A DNA stretch of 55,935 bases from a virus: positions 1-55,935 of the IMG/VR virus record IMGVR_UViG_3300004888_000001. The stretch is one strand, 5' to 3'. The notes beneath the pieces are model-generated. The model worked only from the letters and a program-made list of their open reading frames with translations. It ran no database searches and had not been told where the DNA came from. Shown in pieces: positions 22,450 through 31,689 of this stretch. The first letter of the stretch is position 1. Every line of letters starts with the position of its first letter. The translations under genes were made by a program, and so were the position numbers.

Positions 22450-25178
22450 TATATCACTTCTGTTACGTTGATTGTCAGGTCTACATCGCGAGTCAAACCG
22501 TTAGAGTCTGTAACTCTAAACATAAGCTCATAACGATTATTTGTATCTAAATCAGTAGGTAGGTCATAGTCTGGGGCAGCGATGAAAGACAAATCACCAG
22601 TTGGAGTGAAGTTGAATTCACTATGGTCTCCAAAAGGAAGCATTGAAAACGTAAACGTATCTCCATTGATATCAAAGGCTTGCAGACTAAAAAATACAAT
22701 GTCTGTTCCTTCATCAATATTGACAACCTGACCGTTGGTAGCGTTAGTGAAGAAAGGTGCGCGAGATGTTCGAGTAGGATTTGGAATAATGTTTTGACGA
22801 TCGTTTACAACGCCTACCGTTACTGGTGCGGATCGCGTCAAAGCCCCATCTGTCACTGTAACTGTAAATATGTAAAAGTTATCACCGTTTGCATCTTGAG
22901 GGTTGTTAAAACGAGGGTTTGTGATCCAATGTACTCGACCTGAATTACCGATAGTGAAAAGGTGAGCATCTGGCCCGCTTATAGAGTAGGTAACTGCATC
23001 CCCATTAACATCGAAAGCTGAAGCGTTCAATTGCAAATCTTCTTCAGGTATACCCGGATAGTTTTCAGTATAGTCTGCATACCAAATCAAATCGCCCGGT
23101 CTCAGCGTTCTAAAAAATGGAGCAGTGGGACTATCCGAAGAATTACCTGCTAAAACGTCATTAAATTCTCCGGGGTTAGTCGAGTTCCTGAAGTCTTGAT
23201 CGTTAGCGTAGTACCTAGCGTCATAGTTAATCATTTCCAGAGTCACAGATAAGTTATCATTAACCCGCTTAGACTGAACTAAGAACTCTGAGATTTCGTT
23301 ACTGTCAACTTCTTTTATTTTAAACAAGGACTGAACATAGTTGTTTGGATCTAGTGACATAACAACTCCTGTCAGGTCGGTCACCTCAACCATATTATTA
23401 GAGAACAACGTGATAGGTCTTGAGACAACAACACCGGAAACGTCTTGAATAAAGATTGAGTAATTCACACCCAATTGCAAATCAGGCATGGGGTCAAGCG
23501 TTAGAACATTACCCACAGTGTTAAGAATCACGCCTGACATTGTTGTTGAATTCGTACCATCAGCTACTAAAACTTTATCGTTGTTAGCTAGGGCTGCAAC
23601 CTCCTGAGTGCAGTTAGATGACAAGAAAGTGTTAGTGTAGATCAGTTTGTTATATTCGCGATTAGCGTGCATGTAGGCTTGCAACCTTCGCTTAACTCCA
23701 AGTCTTGTTATTTTGTTTGGGTTGGTGGCTGATTGATCTGCCGGCACATAGATGAATTGTGAGTTTCCTTCGCTGTCAAAATACTCTAACTCAACTCCAT
23801 CGTAATCTCTTTCGACACCGAATGAGATTCTTCGGCGCTCGGAATCGGGTAATCTGTTATCATCACTGATGAGCAGAGATGAAGTAGCGTTATCTCTCTC
23901 AAAGAACAGCTTTATTTTACTACCTTCACGGTACGCAGTACAAAACACAGCTTCAGCCACTATTGCAATGGTTTCTTCAAATGAAAGAGAGCTATCATCA
24001 AAGGTGTAATTGAACTGAGTGAGTCGGCTGTCCCCGAAATAAGTAGCTACTTCATTTATTGTCTCGCGAAAGTTAACCAAATCTAACTGGTCAAGAGACT
24101 GGCGACCTATGAACTCATCGGTACAAATTGAAACAAGAACGCTGGCAGCATCGCTGGTAGGGAAAGGTCCATTAGGTGCAAACTGACCATCAGCAGCGAG
24201 TCTTGGTATCAGCCGACTTACTTGACAGCTTAGTTCCCGATCAGAAATAGTCTCTTCGCCTTCCTCAATATGGGCTCGCGTTCTAGTATAAATTGTTGTC
24301 ACGTTGCCAAAGTGAGGTTGAGTAAAAGGCACTACCTCATTGACAACTACTGAAGTTAATGACTGCTCAATTACTTCACCTGTAACCCTTGTCGGCGGAG
24401 GATCGGGATATGTTTGTTCTCCAAAACCTCTCTGTATCCATTCCTCTAAGGGAATTTCTTCAACCACTTGTCTCGGCTCAGAAAACCTCCGCAAGCTAAC
24501 ACTTGTTTCAATTCCAACATAAGGGTTTGTCAAATTAAGATCGTGAGTACCAACTTCATAAAAATCATCAATGCTTGTTGTTGCTTGATCTGTTAGGCGA
24601 GTGAATATGACCGAGATACCTACCGCTGGACCTTCCCCTTCAACAGTAAAGCCCACAAGAATTGAGCTGGCTCTAGTTGTTCTCTGTAGAGGATTTGTCT
24701 CATCGTCACTAAAGATTGTATTTACGGAACCTAACTGATTGGTTATAGCCGGACCAACTAAAACATCAGGTTCGGAGTTGTTAGGAGATTTAAACGGACC
24801 GTATATTTCGTAGCTTGAATCTTCCGATCCGTTGATTAACAAGTTACCATCCATCACCTCAGCTACATCGTAAGCACCTTTGCCGATGCAGTACATTGCG
24901 ATTTCAAAACCGCCAATGATGTAGGGTGGGAAGATTACATCAGGGGTTGAGCGAACGCTTCCGTAAATGTCAGGTATACGTCCGCCGACTCGTGTTTCAT
25001 TTGATCGCTCTGAGATCCGGTTGTTGGGAGATCGCCCTTCACTGGCTTCACCTTGACGAATGGCAGCGTAGATCGCGCCGAGCCCCGGAAGCCTAGTGAT
25101 AGGGTGACCGCTGATAGATGAAAGCTCACCTGTACCGGCGGGAAAAATGCTTGTTGAAGTACGTCTAAGTGTTGGCAT
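22449..25178 (-). CDS. Large distal tail protein (Tal-like, 909 aa) with two C-terminal cadherin-like repeats
   Basis: It lies two genes after the tape measure. The C-terminus has tandem segments: FDVNGDAVTYSISGPDAHLFTI...YIFTVTVTDG and FDINGDTFTFSMLPFGDHSEFNF...YELMFRVTDS. Confidence 0.6.
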   Translation of the reverse strand: MPTLRRTSTSIFPAGTGELSSISGHPITRLPGLGAIYAAIRQGEASEGRSPNNRISERSNETRVGGRIPDIYGSVRSTPDVIFPPYIIGGFEIAMYCIGKGAYDVAEVMDGNLLINGSEDSSYEIYGPFKSPNNSEPDVLVGPAITNQLGSVNTIFSDDETNPLQRTTRASSILVGFTVEGEGPAVGISVIFTRLTDQATTSIDDFYEVGTHDLNLTNPYVGIETSVSLRRFSEPRQVVEEIPLEEWIQRGFGEQTYPDPPPTRVTGEVIEQSLTSVVVNEVVPFTQPHFGNVTTIYTRTRAHIEEGEETISDRELSCQVSRLIPRLAADGQFAPNGPFPTSDAASVLVSICTDEFIGRQSLDQLDLVNFRETINEVATYFGDSRLTQFNYTFDDSSLSFEETIAIVAEAVFCTAYREGSKIKLFFERDNATSSLLISDDNRLPDSERRRISFGVERDYDGVELEYFDSEGNSQFIYVPADQSATNPNKITRLGVKRRLQAYMHANREYNKLIYTNTFLSSNCTQEVAALANNDKVLVADGTNSTTMSGVILNTVGNVLTLDPMPDLQLGVNYSIFIQDVSGVVVSRPITLFSNNMVEVTDLTGVVMSLDPNNYVQSLFKIKEVDSNEISEFLVQSKRVNDNLSVTLEMINYDARYYANDQDFRNSTNPGEFNDVLAGNSSDSPTAPFFRTLRPGDLIWYADYTENYPGIPEEDLQLNASAFDVNGDAVTYSISGPDAHLFTIGNSGRVHWITNPRFNNPQDANGDNFYIFTVTVTDGALTRSAPVTVGVVNDRQNIIPNPTRTSRAPFFTNATNGQVVNIDEGTDIVFFSLQAFDINGDTFTFSMLPFGDHSEFNFTPTGDLSFIAAPDYDLPTDLDTNNRYELMFRVTDSNGLTRDVDLTINVTEVI

Positions 25179-25688
25179 TTAAAGTCGTTCCAATCCTTGA
25201 AACCTATCCTTAGTGTAAGCTTCACCTGTAGTGACAAGGTTAAAGTTAGGAGCAGATGCTGTGAAAGCGACAGATTCCTTACTAAGCTCTAAGGTTTCTA
25301 TTTCCAAATCAATGGGTCCAAACAAAGGCTTGGTTAAGTCATCAGAGCGATAGGTTCGATATATGAAGACAGGTTTGTTTATAAATCCATCTGTGGGTAT
25401 CAGCAAAGCTAACTCACGACTTAAAATCTCGCCAACGTCACCAAGAGTAACTTGAATCGAATAGTCTAAATTTGTACGAGTAGCTTGGGGTTGCAATCTC
25501 ATGGGTACAAATTCAAAATGAATCTCTGGCCCTAAAGCTCCATTACTACCTTCAAGGCGAGCATCTAAGCCGTCCGTGTTATTACGAACGAAATAGAAAA
25601 CTCTGCTAAAGTCTTGATGAAATATTTGAATTGTCTCAAACTCAACCAGCGAAGCGGGCGAGTTCAAATAGAAATCATTTAGCGACAT
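25179..25688 (-). CDS. Distal tail (Dit-like) protein (169 aa)
   Basis: It lies immediately downstream of the tape measure with a coupled start. The call rests on position only. Confidence 0.45.
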   Translation of the reverse strand: MSLNDFYLNSPASLVEFETIQIFHQDFSRVFYFVRNNTDGLDARLEGSNGALGPEIHFEFVPMRLQPQATRTNLDYSIQVTLGDVGEILSRELALLIPTDGFINKPVFIYRTYRSDDLTKPLFGPIDLEIETLELSKESVAFTASAPNFNLVTTGEAYTKDRFQGLERL

Positions 25689-28600
25689 TAGAGGTTAAGT
25701 CTTCTAAGTGAGTAGTTACTTGAAATCGATCGCGAAAAATCACTGTTCGGATTATTTACCTGAGTCGATATTGTTTCAACAGCTCTGTTAGCAGCTTCAT
25801 CAATCATAACAATGATTTCACCGTCACTCATTTGTCTAGCTTGGACAGTAGCTGTTGAATTGTTATTGATAGTGATATTGGTCTCACCGCTTGAGTTATT
25901 AGGAATAACAGCATCAGGGATACGGTTACGCAACTGCTGAGAATTGTAAATTCTACCGTTACGTTGCGGCTGAAACCATTCAGGTCCGTTCTCACCAACG
26001 ATGTACCCTTTGCTCCGATCAACTGGGCCACCCGTAGCTCGGAAACCCCCGAAATCAATACCTCCACTCAAACCATCAATCCCGTCTAAAGCAGGACCGC
26101 TGGCACCACCTAAACCAAAGATACCTCCGCCCCCACCTCCGCCACCAATTCTTGCAATGGCATCCCTTGCCGCATTTGCCGCGCTAGTGACCTCACTGAG
26201 AGAACTGACAGCACTATTGGAAAAGGAGGTGATAGCTTGGGTTGAGCTTGTAGAAGCCGTACCGATACTATTGATAGAGGTCTTGACGGAATCTGCCGAA
26301 GTGGACACTTGGGAGATGGAACTCTTCGCTGAAGTCGCGAATGAAGTCGCGGCCGAGACACCCTGAGTAAACGGTTCTGCGAGCCCAGTGGCAGGTATGC
26401 TATTCAGTTTCGAACCGATCGAGCCCACTTGACTGCTAACAGATGAGAGCTGAGTTGTCACGCTGGCAGGCACAAAATTCTCAAACCTACCTGTTGGCAT
26501 TCGAGCAAGTTCTTGACTCAAACCTGCAACTTGACCGGATAAGGCATTAACGGATTGTGAAGCAACCTGAGCGCTTTGACTTACCTGTTGGAGCTTTTGA
26601 TCTTCAATATTGCTCCCAACTTGTTGTGAAGCTCTACCCGGACCCGCAGCGGCTAAGCGACTACTGAAGTCAGCATTACGAGAATCAATGAAGGAATTGA
26701 ACAACCCCTTAAAGAATTCCCCAAACCCAGCTTTATCTCCGGCAAGACCGTTACCTAATCCTTCAGCAGCCCCCTGCAATGATTCTTGAGCCGATTGCCT
26801 GAATTCAGAAGCTTTAGAAATTAAGTTTGTGTATCCCTCAGATAAAGAATTAAAGTACTCACGACCGCTTTCAATATTAGATTGAAACCCTGAAGATATG
26901 CCTTCAATATGAGATTCTATCTCACTGCCTGTTCGGTTGAATGAAGTTAAATATTCATGGTTGGCATTAGTTTGCAAACGAAGCACATTAGTTTCGCTCC
27001 GCCTATTAGAAATACGCTCAGCAGTGTTACTCTTAACCTTATTTGTTGCTTCTTGCTCGGCTTTAATTGCTTCGCTCAGCGGTTCAATCCAATCGTTTTT
27101 GAGCATGTTGCGGACTTCCTCACCGCTCTTACCTGTCTGCTCTCCAATACGTTTCATAATTGCAATTTGCAAATCTTTGTTCTTCTGGAAAACATCAGAG
27201 GTAGCTTGCTCGATCGATCGCAACCGAACATTACTAATCTCAGAGATACGAACCCGCTCAGCCTGCGTTGCTCTAAGAGATTCAAGCAAGTTTCCTTGTT
27301 CTTCAAGAGTTAAAGTCCCAGCGGCATTAGTTGCAGCAGGAGTTAATGCCGCCTTTCTTGATTTGTTTAATTTCTCTTCTGCGACACCAATTTCATCAGC
27401 AGTTTTTTTGGCAATTCTAACTCTTTCCTCACCCCTTTTTCTAACTCTTGTTTCAAAAGCAACAGCGTTAAGATCAAGACTCAACTGTAAGTTATCATTG
27501 AATTTCTTTTTCTCCGCTGCTGCTTTTCTTTCTATTTCACTGAGGTTCTTCTGGTGGTTACTAAACTCTGACTCGATACCTTTCAATCGATTATTAAAAC
27601 CTTTGTCGACATCTAGTGCGAACTTACCAATATCTACAGAAGTAAGACCTGTCCATAACTCCAATGCTTTATTCAAGTTTGGGTTGTTTGCCAAACCAGA
27701 AAGTACAGGTTGAATCAAACCCTTGAATGCAGTCTGTGCAGTCTGTGTTACAAACTTTAAAAATCTCAACCAAATTGACTCCATAGCGGGTATGATCCCA
27801 TTGAACCAAGTCTTTACATCTACCCACAGATTATTAAATGTACTTCCTGCGAAGAAAGCCATATCTGTCCACAACTGATTGTACGTGTTTAGGAAGTTAT
27901 TTTCAGGTGGTAGAGAGAATAAAGAGTTGATTTGATCGAGAACAAAGCTAGACCCGGCAGAAGATGCTTCTTTTATGCGTTCCCACTGAACAATCATTGC
28001 ATCGCCCAACGTCACTGCTTCGTCACTGGTTACTTTGATCTCATCTCGATATGCAACAAGTGTACCTACTCCTATTGCGGCTCCAGCGGCAAGTAACGAT
28101 AACCCTCCAGTCGCCAATGCTGTTGCACCAGTAACGCCTCTAAGAGATAGAACTAAGTCGGTTAGTTGATTTACTAAACCTGCACCAAACTTCAGTGCTT
28201 TGAATACACCGAAGGCAACAACTGATCGTGTAACCTCTCGCTCAACAATATGAAGGTTATCGCCAAGTTCGAATATTTTATCACCTATGAATTCAAATAC
28301 ACCTGTTCTATTTTCAAAACCCTCTAGGAATTGCGTAAACTTTGTTCCAAATTGAATCAAACGGTCTGTAAAAGGAATGTCTAATCCTTCAAAAGCTTTC
28401 CTCACACCTTCTGCTGAGTTGGCAATAGCTTGACGGATAACTTCTGCTGTTAACTTACCCTGACGACCTAGTTCTTTAAGTTCTTTAATTGAAGCGCCCG
28501 TAGCTTTAGCAAGAGCTTCAAGAAGTTCTTTTGGGGCATTCTCACGTAAAGATTTAAGTTCCTCACCTTGCAGAGTATCTGAAGTCAAAGCTTGACTCAA

Positions 28601-30391
28601 CTGAGTGATAACGGAAGCCGTTTCCTGAGCAGTGTTACCGTTATTCTTCAAAGCCTTAGTTAATGTCTCGGTGAAATCTAATACCTCTTGCTGACTAGCA
28701 CCTGTTACAGACAAAGCTTTATCGTATCTTTGAAAAGATGTAGCTAATTGCTCAATCGGCACACGAGTATCTATGGCAATATCAAACAGTTTTCGTTTAA
28801 CTAACTCTAACTCACCTGCTGTTTCCGTGATGTTAACTAGCCGATTGTTAACTTGAGTAAATGTATCAAGACCTTCACCTACAGCGAACAATAAATTGTA
28901 ACCACCATAAATAGCAAGCAGATTTCTCACACTTCCAATAGTTCGCTTTAGAACGCCATTCTGAGTTCTGTGGGAATTTGTTAATCGATCAACTGATGTG
29001 GCAGCTCTGTTACTTGAAACAGATACTCCGTTCTCAGCTTTCGACAGTCTCAGTTCCGCGAGCGATGCCTGAGCTGCGCTGATCCGCAATTCGTTTTGCG
29101 ATCGGGCAGCGAGGTTGTTCGAGGTCGCGAGACGGTTCGCTGAGTGCGCAGCCGCGATCTCAGATGAGTTGAGCGTCGTCGTGTGGCGAGCGGTGATCTG
29201 AGTCGTTCCTGAGAGCCGAGAATTAGCTGCTGCGAGCGCGTTCTGTGAGGCAGCGGCTGCGAGCCCCTTCCTAGCCAGTTTGTCTTCTTCAAGGCTCAGA
29301 CGGTTCAAGTGTACCTGAAGCCGTTCGGCGCTGCGCAGAGCTGCCCTCTCAGAGGTACTTTGCGAGAAGTCAGATGTTCGAATGTTATCGCGGTTTCTTG
29401 CACCAGTATTACGATCTCTCAATCGTTGCTTGTCCAAACGAGTACGGTCGCGACCGCGATTTAATATCTCACGAGTCTTAGCAGCTTCTCTCTCAGCAAT
29501 CTCGATTGTCTGGTTTGATATGCGGCGTGTAAACTCTAACTCTTGACGCTTCAACTTACGTCGAACTGAATGAGTTCTTTGTTCTTCGCGTCGAACCTTC
29601 TGACCTTCACGTTCAGCAAGAGCTTGCAATTTGGTAGATCCTGCTCTTGCGGCATCCAGCGTAACTTGTTGTTCTCGCTTCTTAATTTCAGCGGTTTTAT
29701 TTGCTTCACGTTGAGCAAGCTGGACAGATTTATCTGACTCGCGACGTTTTAAGTTTCGAGTTCTAATCTCACTACGCTTATTGATCTCGTTACCGGCTTG
29801 AGTTGCGCGTCTCTCAGCTTCTCTTTGCTTGGCGGCTGCTGCAATTACAATAGCTGTTGTTTCGTTTGCAGCTTGCTTACGAATTTGTTTTTGCCTAGCA
29901 GCTTCTGTGCGAATAGCCTCGGTTGTTGTTCTTTCAGCTATAAGTGTTTTGTTGTTAATGTCTTTACGGATAGCCAACTGCTTAGCAGCTTCGGTGCGAA
30001 TGTCCTGAGTAGTCTTTGCAGCCAACGCTCGTAACTTCTCATCAGCTCTAACAGCTAACTCAATCCTCTTATCTTGCAACCTCTTTTCAAGATCGATAGT
30101 TCTAGCGATAGCTTGTTGAGACTTTTGCTGACTCTGAACAATTGCTGAAGCGGATTGTTGAACAGACGCTGAAAGCTTAGCTGATTCAGCGGTAGCTCTT
30201 TGAAGATCCAAACCAAACTTACTGATCCCGCTATTGCGCAAACCAAGACTTAATCCATTAAAGTTCAATGACTTCTTTAATGAATCAATCCGAACTTGAG
30301 CAATTTCGGAAGCGCGAGCAATATTGACAATCTTTCGCCTGATGCGAGAGTTTATCTTGTCGCGTACTATAATGTCAATTTCATCAGGCAT
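25688..30391 (-). CDS. Tail tape measure protein (1567 aa)
   Basis: Very long, helical, Ala/Arg/Glu/Gln-rich and repetitive, with hydrophobic central segments and a Gly run. It lies downstream of the frameshifted chaperone. Confidence 0.9.
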   Translation of the reverse strand: MPDEIDIIVRDKINSRIRRKIVNIARASEIAQVRIDSLKKSLNFNGLSLGLRNSGISKFGLDLQRATAESAKLSASVQQSASAIVQSQQKSQQAIARTIDLEKRLQDKRIELAVRADEKLRALAAKTTQDIRTEAAKQLAIRKDINNKTLIAERTTTEAIRTEAARQKQIRKQAANETTAIVIAAAAKQREAERRATQAGNEINKRSEIRTRNLKRRESDKSVQLAQREANKTAEIKKREQQVTLDAARAGSTKLQALAEREGQKVRREEQRTHSVRRKLKRQELEFTRRISNQTIEIAEREAAKTREILNRGRDRTRLDKQRLRDRNTGARNRDNIRTSDFSQSTSERAALRSAERLQVHLNRLSLEEDKLARKGLAAAASQNALAAANSRLSGTTQITARHTTTLNSSEIAAAHSANRLATSNNLAARSQNELRISAAQASLAELRLSKAENGVSVSSNRAATSVDRLTNSHRTQNGVLKRTIGSVRNLLAIYGGYNLLFAVGEGLDTFTQVNNRLVNITETAGELELVKRKLFDIAIDTRVPIEQLATSFQRYDKALSVTGASQQEVLDFTETLTKALKNNGNTAQETASVITQLSQALTSDTLQGEELKSLRENAPKELLEALAKATGASIKELKELGRQGKLTAEVIRQAIANSAEGVRKAFEGLDIPFTDRLIQFGTKFTQFLEGFENRTGVFEFIGDKIFELGDNLHIVEREVTRSVVAFGVFKALKFGAGLVNQLTDLVLSLRGVTGATALATGGLSLLAAGAAIGVGTLVAYRDEIKVTSDEAVTLGDAMIVQWERIKEASSAGSSFVLDQINSLFSLPPENNFLNTYNQLWTDMAFFAGSTFNNLWVDVKTWFNGIIPAMESIWLRFLKFVTQTAQTAFKGLIQPVLSGLANNPNLNKALELWTGLTSVDIGKFALDVDKGFNNRLKGIESEFSNHQKNLSEIERKAAAEKKKFNDNLQLSLDLNAVAFETRVRKRGEERVRIAKKTADEIGVAEEKLNKSRKAALTPAATNAAGTLTLEEQGNLLESLRATQAERVRISEISNVRLRSIEQATSDVFQKNKDLQIAIMKRIGEQTGKSGEEVRNMLKNDWIEPLSEAIKAEQEATNKVKSNTAERISNRRSETNVLRLQTNANHEYLTSFNRTGSEIESHIEGISSGFQSNIESGREYFNSLSEGYTNLISKASEFRQSAQESLQGAAEGLGNGLAGDKAGFGEFFKGLFNSFIDSRNADFSSRLAAAGPGRASQQVGSNIEDQKLQQVSQSAQVASQSVNALSGQVAGLSQELARMPTGRFENFVPASVTTQLSSVSSQVGSIGSKLNSIPATGLAEPFTQGVSAATSFATSAKSSISQVSTSADSVKTSINSIGTASTSSTQAITSFSNSAVSSLSEVTSAANAARDAIARIGGGGGGGGIFGLGGASGPALDGIDGLSGGIDFGGFRATGGPVDRSKGYIVGENGPEWFQPQRNGRIYNSQQLRNRIPDAVIPNNSSGETNITINNNSTATVQARQMSDGEIIVMIDEAANRAVETISTQVNNPNSDFSRSISSNYSLRRLNL

Positions 30392-30810
30392 TACAATTTG
30401 AACCTTTGAATTCGATCGTTCAGTTGAATATCAGCAATGGCTACAATTTTGTCAACGTCACCATCAAAGGCTATATCGATATGGTCTACGTTGTTTGTTA
30501 TATGAATTTCTTCGCCGGGTTTCTTTCGCTTAATCTTTTGCCTGCCCACAAGTCTCACTTCGGCTCGTGACGCGGCAGCAGTGCTTCCAGCTTTACCTTT
30601 GAAGAAAGGTGCGCGAGTTGAAGGGTCTCTTGCTCCGAGACCGATGCGCCAGTTAGAGAGAGCTTCGCTAGTATCCACACGAGTTACCCCCGGAGAGGTA
30701 ACAAGCGTGAGGATATCGCTAGCTGTTTGCTGAGCAAGTTTATTAACTCGCTCAGGAAGACGATCGTTAATCTTATCAAGTTTTTTAGCAAGAGATTTAA
30801 AAGTCGCCAT
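30391..30810 (-). CDS. Hypothetical tail-associated protein (139 aa)
   Basis: ORF track entry, coupled to neighbours on both sides. Confidence 0.6.
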   Translation of the reverse strand: MATFKSLAKKLDKINDRLPERVNKLAQQTASDILTLVTSPGVTRVDTSEALSNWRIGLGARDPSTRAPFFKGKAGSTAAASRAEVRLVGRQKIKRKKPGEEIHITNNVDHIDIAFDGDVDKIVAIADIQLNDRIQRFKL

Positions 30811-31151
30811 TACTTTTTCTTTGCCTTTTTATCTTGATACTTGAGAAAAACATTATCCATTGAACGAATCAAATAAACAAAGTCTCTTTCTTCTTCGTAG
30901 TCCAGTTCAAGTCTATCGCAATAATTGATGATTGAACTATAAGGTATTGGTCCGTGTCCGAAACCGATTTGCCTATCCGTTCCTAGATCGTTAAACGCAT
31001 CATAGTAAAACTCCATGAACTCAAGAAGAGTTGGCGCGTTGGCAATCCGATCAGGTAAATCCTTACCTAATCGGATGCACTCTTTAACAATTGCGTTTTC
31101 CCTATCCGGGTCTAGTGCGAGTTGGTACTCTAAGAAGTCGGCAAGTTTTTT
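30810..31151 (-). CDS. -1 frame extension of the tail assembly chaperone (T-like), made only as a G-T fusion
   Basis: Manual translation shows the -1 frame open from 31160 to 30810 (GFGKKLADFLEYQLALDPDRENAIVKECIRLGKDLPDRIANAPTLLEFMEFYYD...). The track's 68-aa ORF (30810..31016) is its tail end. Confidence 0.6.
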   Translation of the reverse strand, partial: KKLADFLEYQLALDPDRENAIVKECIRLGKDLPDRIANAPTLLEFMEFYYDAFNDLGTDRQIGFGHGPIPYSSIINYCDRLELDYEEERDFVYLIRSMDNVFLKYQDKKAKKK

Positions 31152-31591
31152 GCCAAATCCTCAACACCTTCCGATCGATACGATTCCAAGTCGGTCGCTT
31201 GGTTCATAACCATTTCGTAAGTATCCGGCGATACTTCAAATAGAAGCAACACATTCTCAGGGGTGCATGGCATGTACTCAGGTTTAGGAGGTTCACCTTC
31301 AACTTGAGCATGAAGGTTTTCCATGTTCTCCCACTCAACAACGCAAGTGTGGGCAACCGCTTCCTTGATCGCTCTCTCTTGCAAAGCATCCTTATCGCCT
31401 CGCATCAAAGAGTACTTTTTACCCCGCTTCGCCACTTCTTTGCGGTACTCTTTATTTGAGCTACCTACTCGACGGACTTTGATGCGAGTCAAAACAGCAG
31501 GTTGTTTTTCTTCGTCGTAACCGATTTCAATCCAAGTGCCTTCCTGTTGTTTGGTTTTGTCGGCAACTAAGGTTCGGGTAATCAGACCCAT
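31130..31591 (-). CDS. Tail assembly chaperone, zero-frame product (G-like, 153 aa)
   Basis: It lies between the putative major tail gene and the tape measure. It ends 13 nt after the slippery heptamer. Confidence 0.65.
   Translation of the reverse strand: MGLITRTLVADKTKQQEGTWIEIGYDEEKQPAVLTRIKVRRVGSSNKEYRKEVAKRGKKYSLMRGDKDALQERAIKEAVAHTCVVEWENMENLHAQVEGEPPKPEYMPCTPENVLLLFEVSPDTYEMVMNQATDLESYRSEGVEDLAKNLPTS
31145..31151 (-). promoter_or_regulatory. Programmed -1 frameshift slippery heptamer A_AAA_AAC
   Basis: The minus strand reads GCA AAA AAC in the zero frame (A K N of ...EDLAKNLPTS), an X_XXY_YYZ pattern. Confidence 0.6.
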
Positions 31592-31611
31592 AATAAACTC
31601 TCTCTTTCTGG

Positions 31612-31644
31612 GAATTAAAATAAATAGTGGGGTATCCTTACCCC
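31612..31644 (-). terminator. Rho-independent terminator after the 528-aa gene
   Basis: The minus strand has GGGGTA-agga-TACCCC followed by ACTATTTATTTTAATT. A second hairpin (AGAACCA-tga-TGGTTCT, 31651-31667) lies just upstream. Confidence 0.6.
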
Positions 31645-31689
31645 TGCAATAGAACCATCATGGTTCTGCTTTCGCGTAGGAGCGACACG

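Noticed and set aside
26100-26170. Poly-Gly/G-rich run in the tape measure gene as a possible frameshift or recoding site
   Set aside because: The reading frame stays open across it. There is no alternative downstream frame and no X_XXY_YYZ heptamer.
25828-30246. Many plus- and minus-strand track ORFs inside the tape measure gene (for example 26001..26366, 26937..27713, 29798..30034)
   Set aside because: They are antisense or out-of-frame ORFs within a long, compositionally biased gene. None has an RBS or a coupled start.
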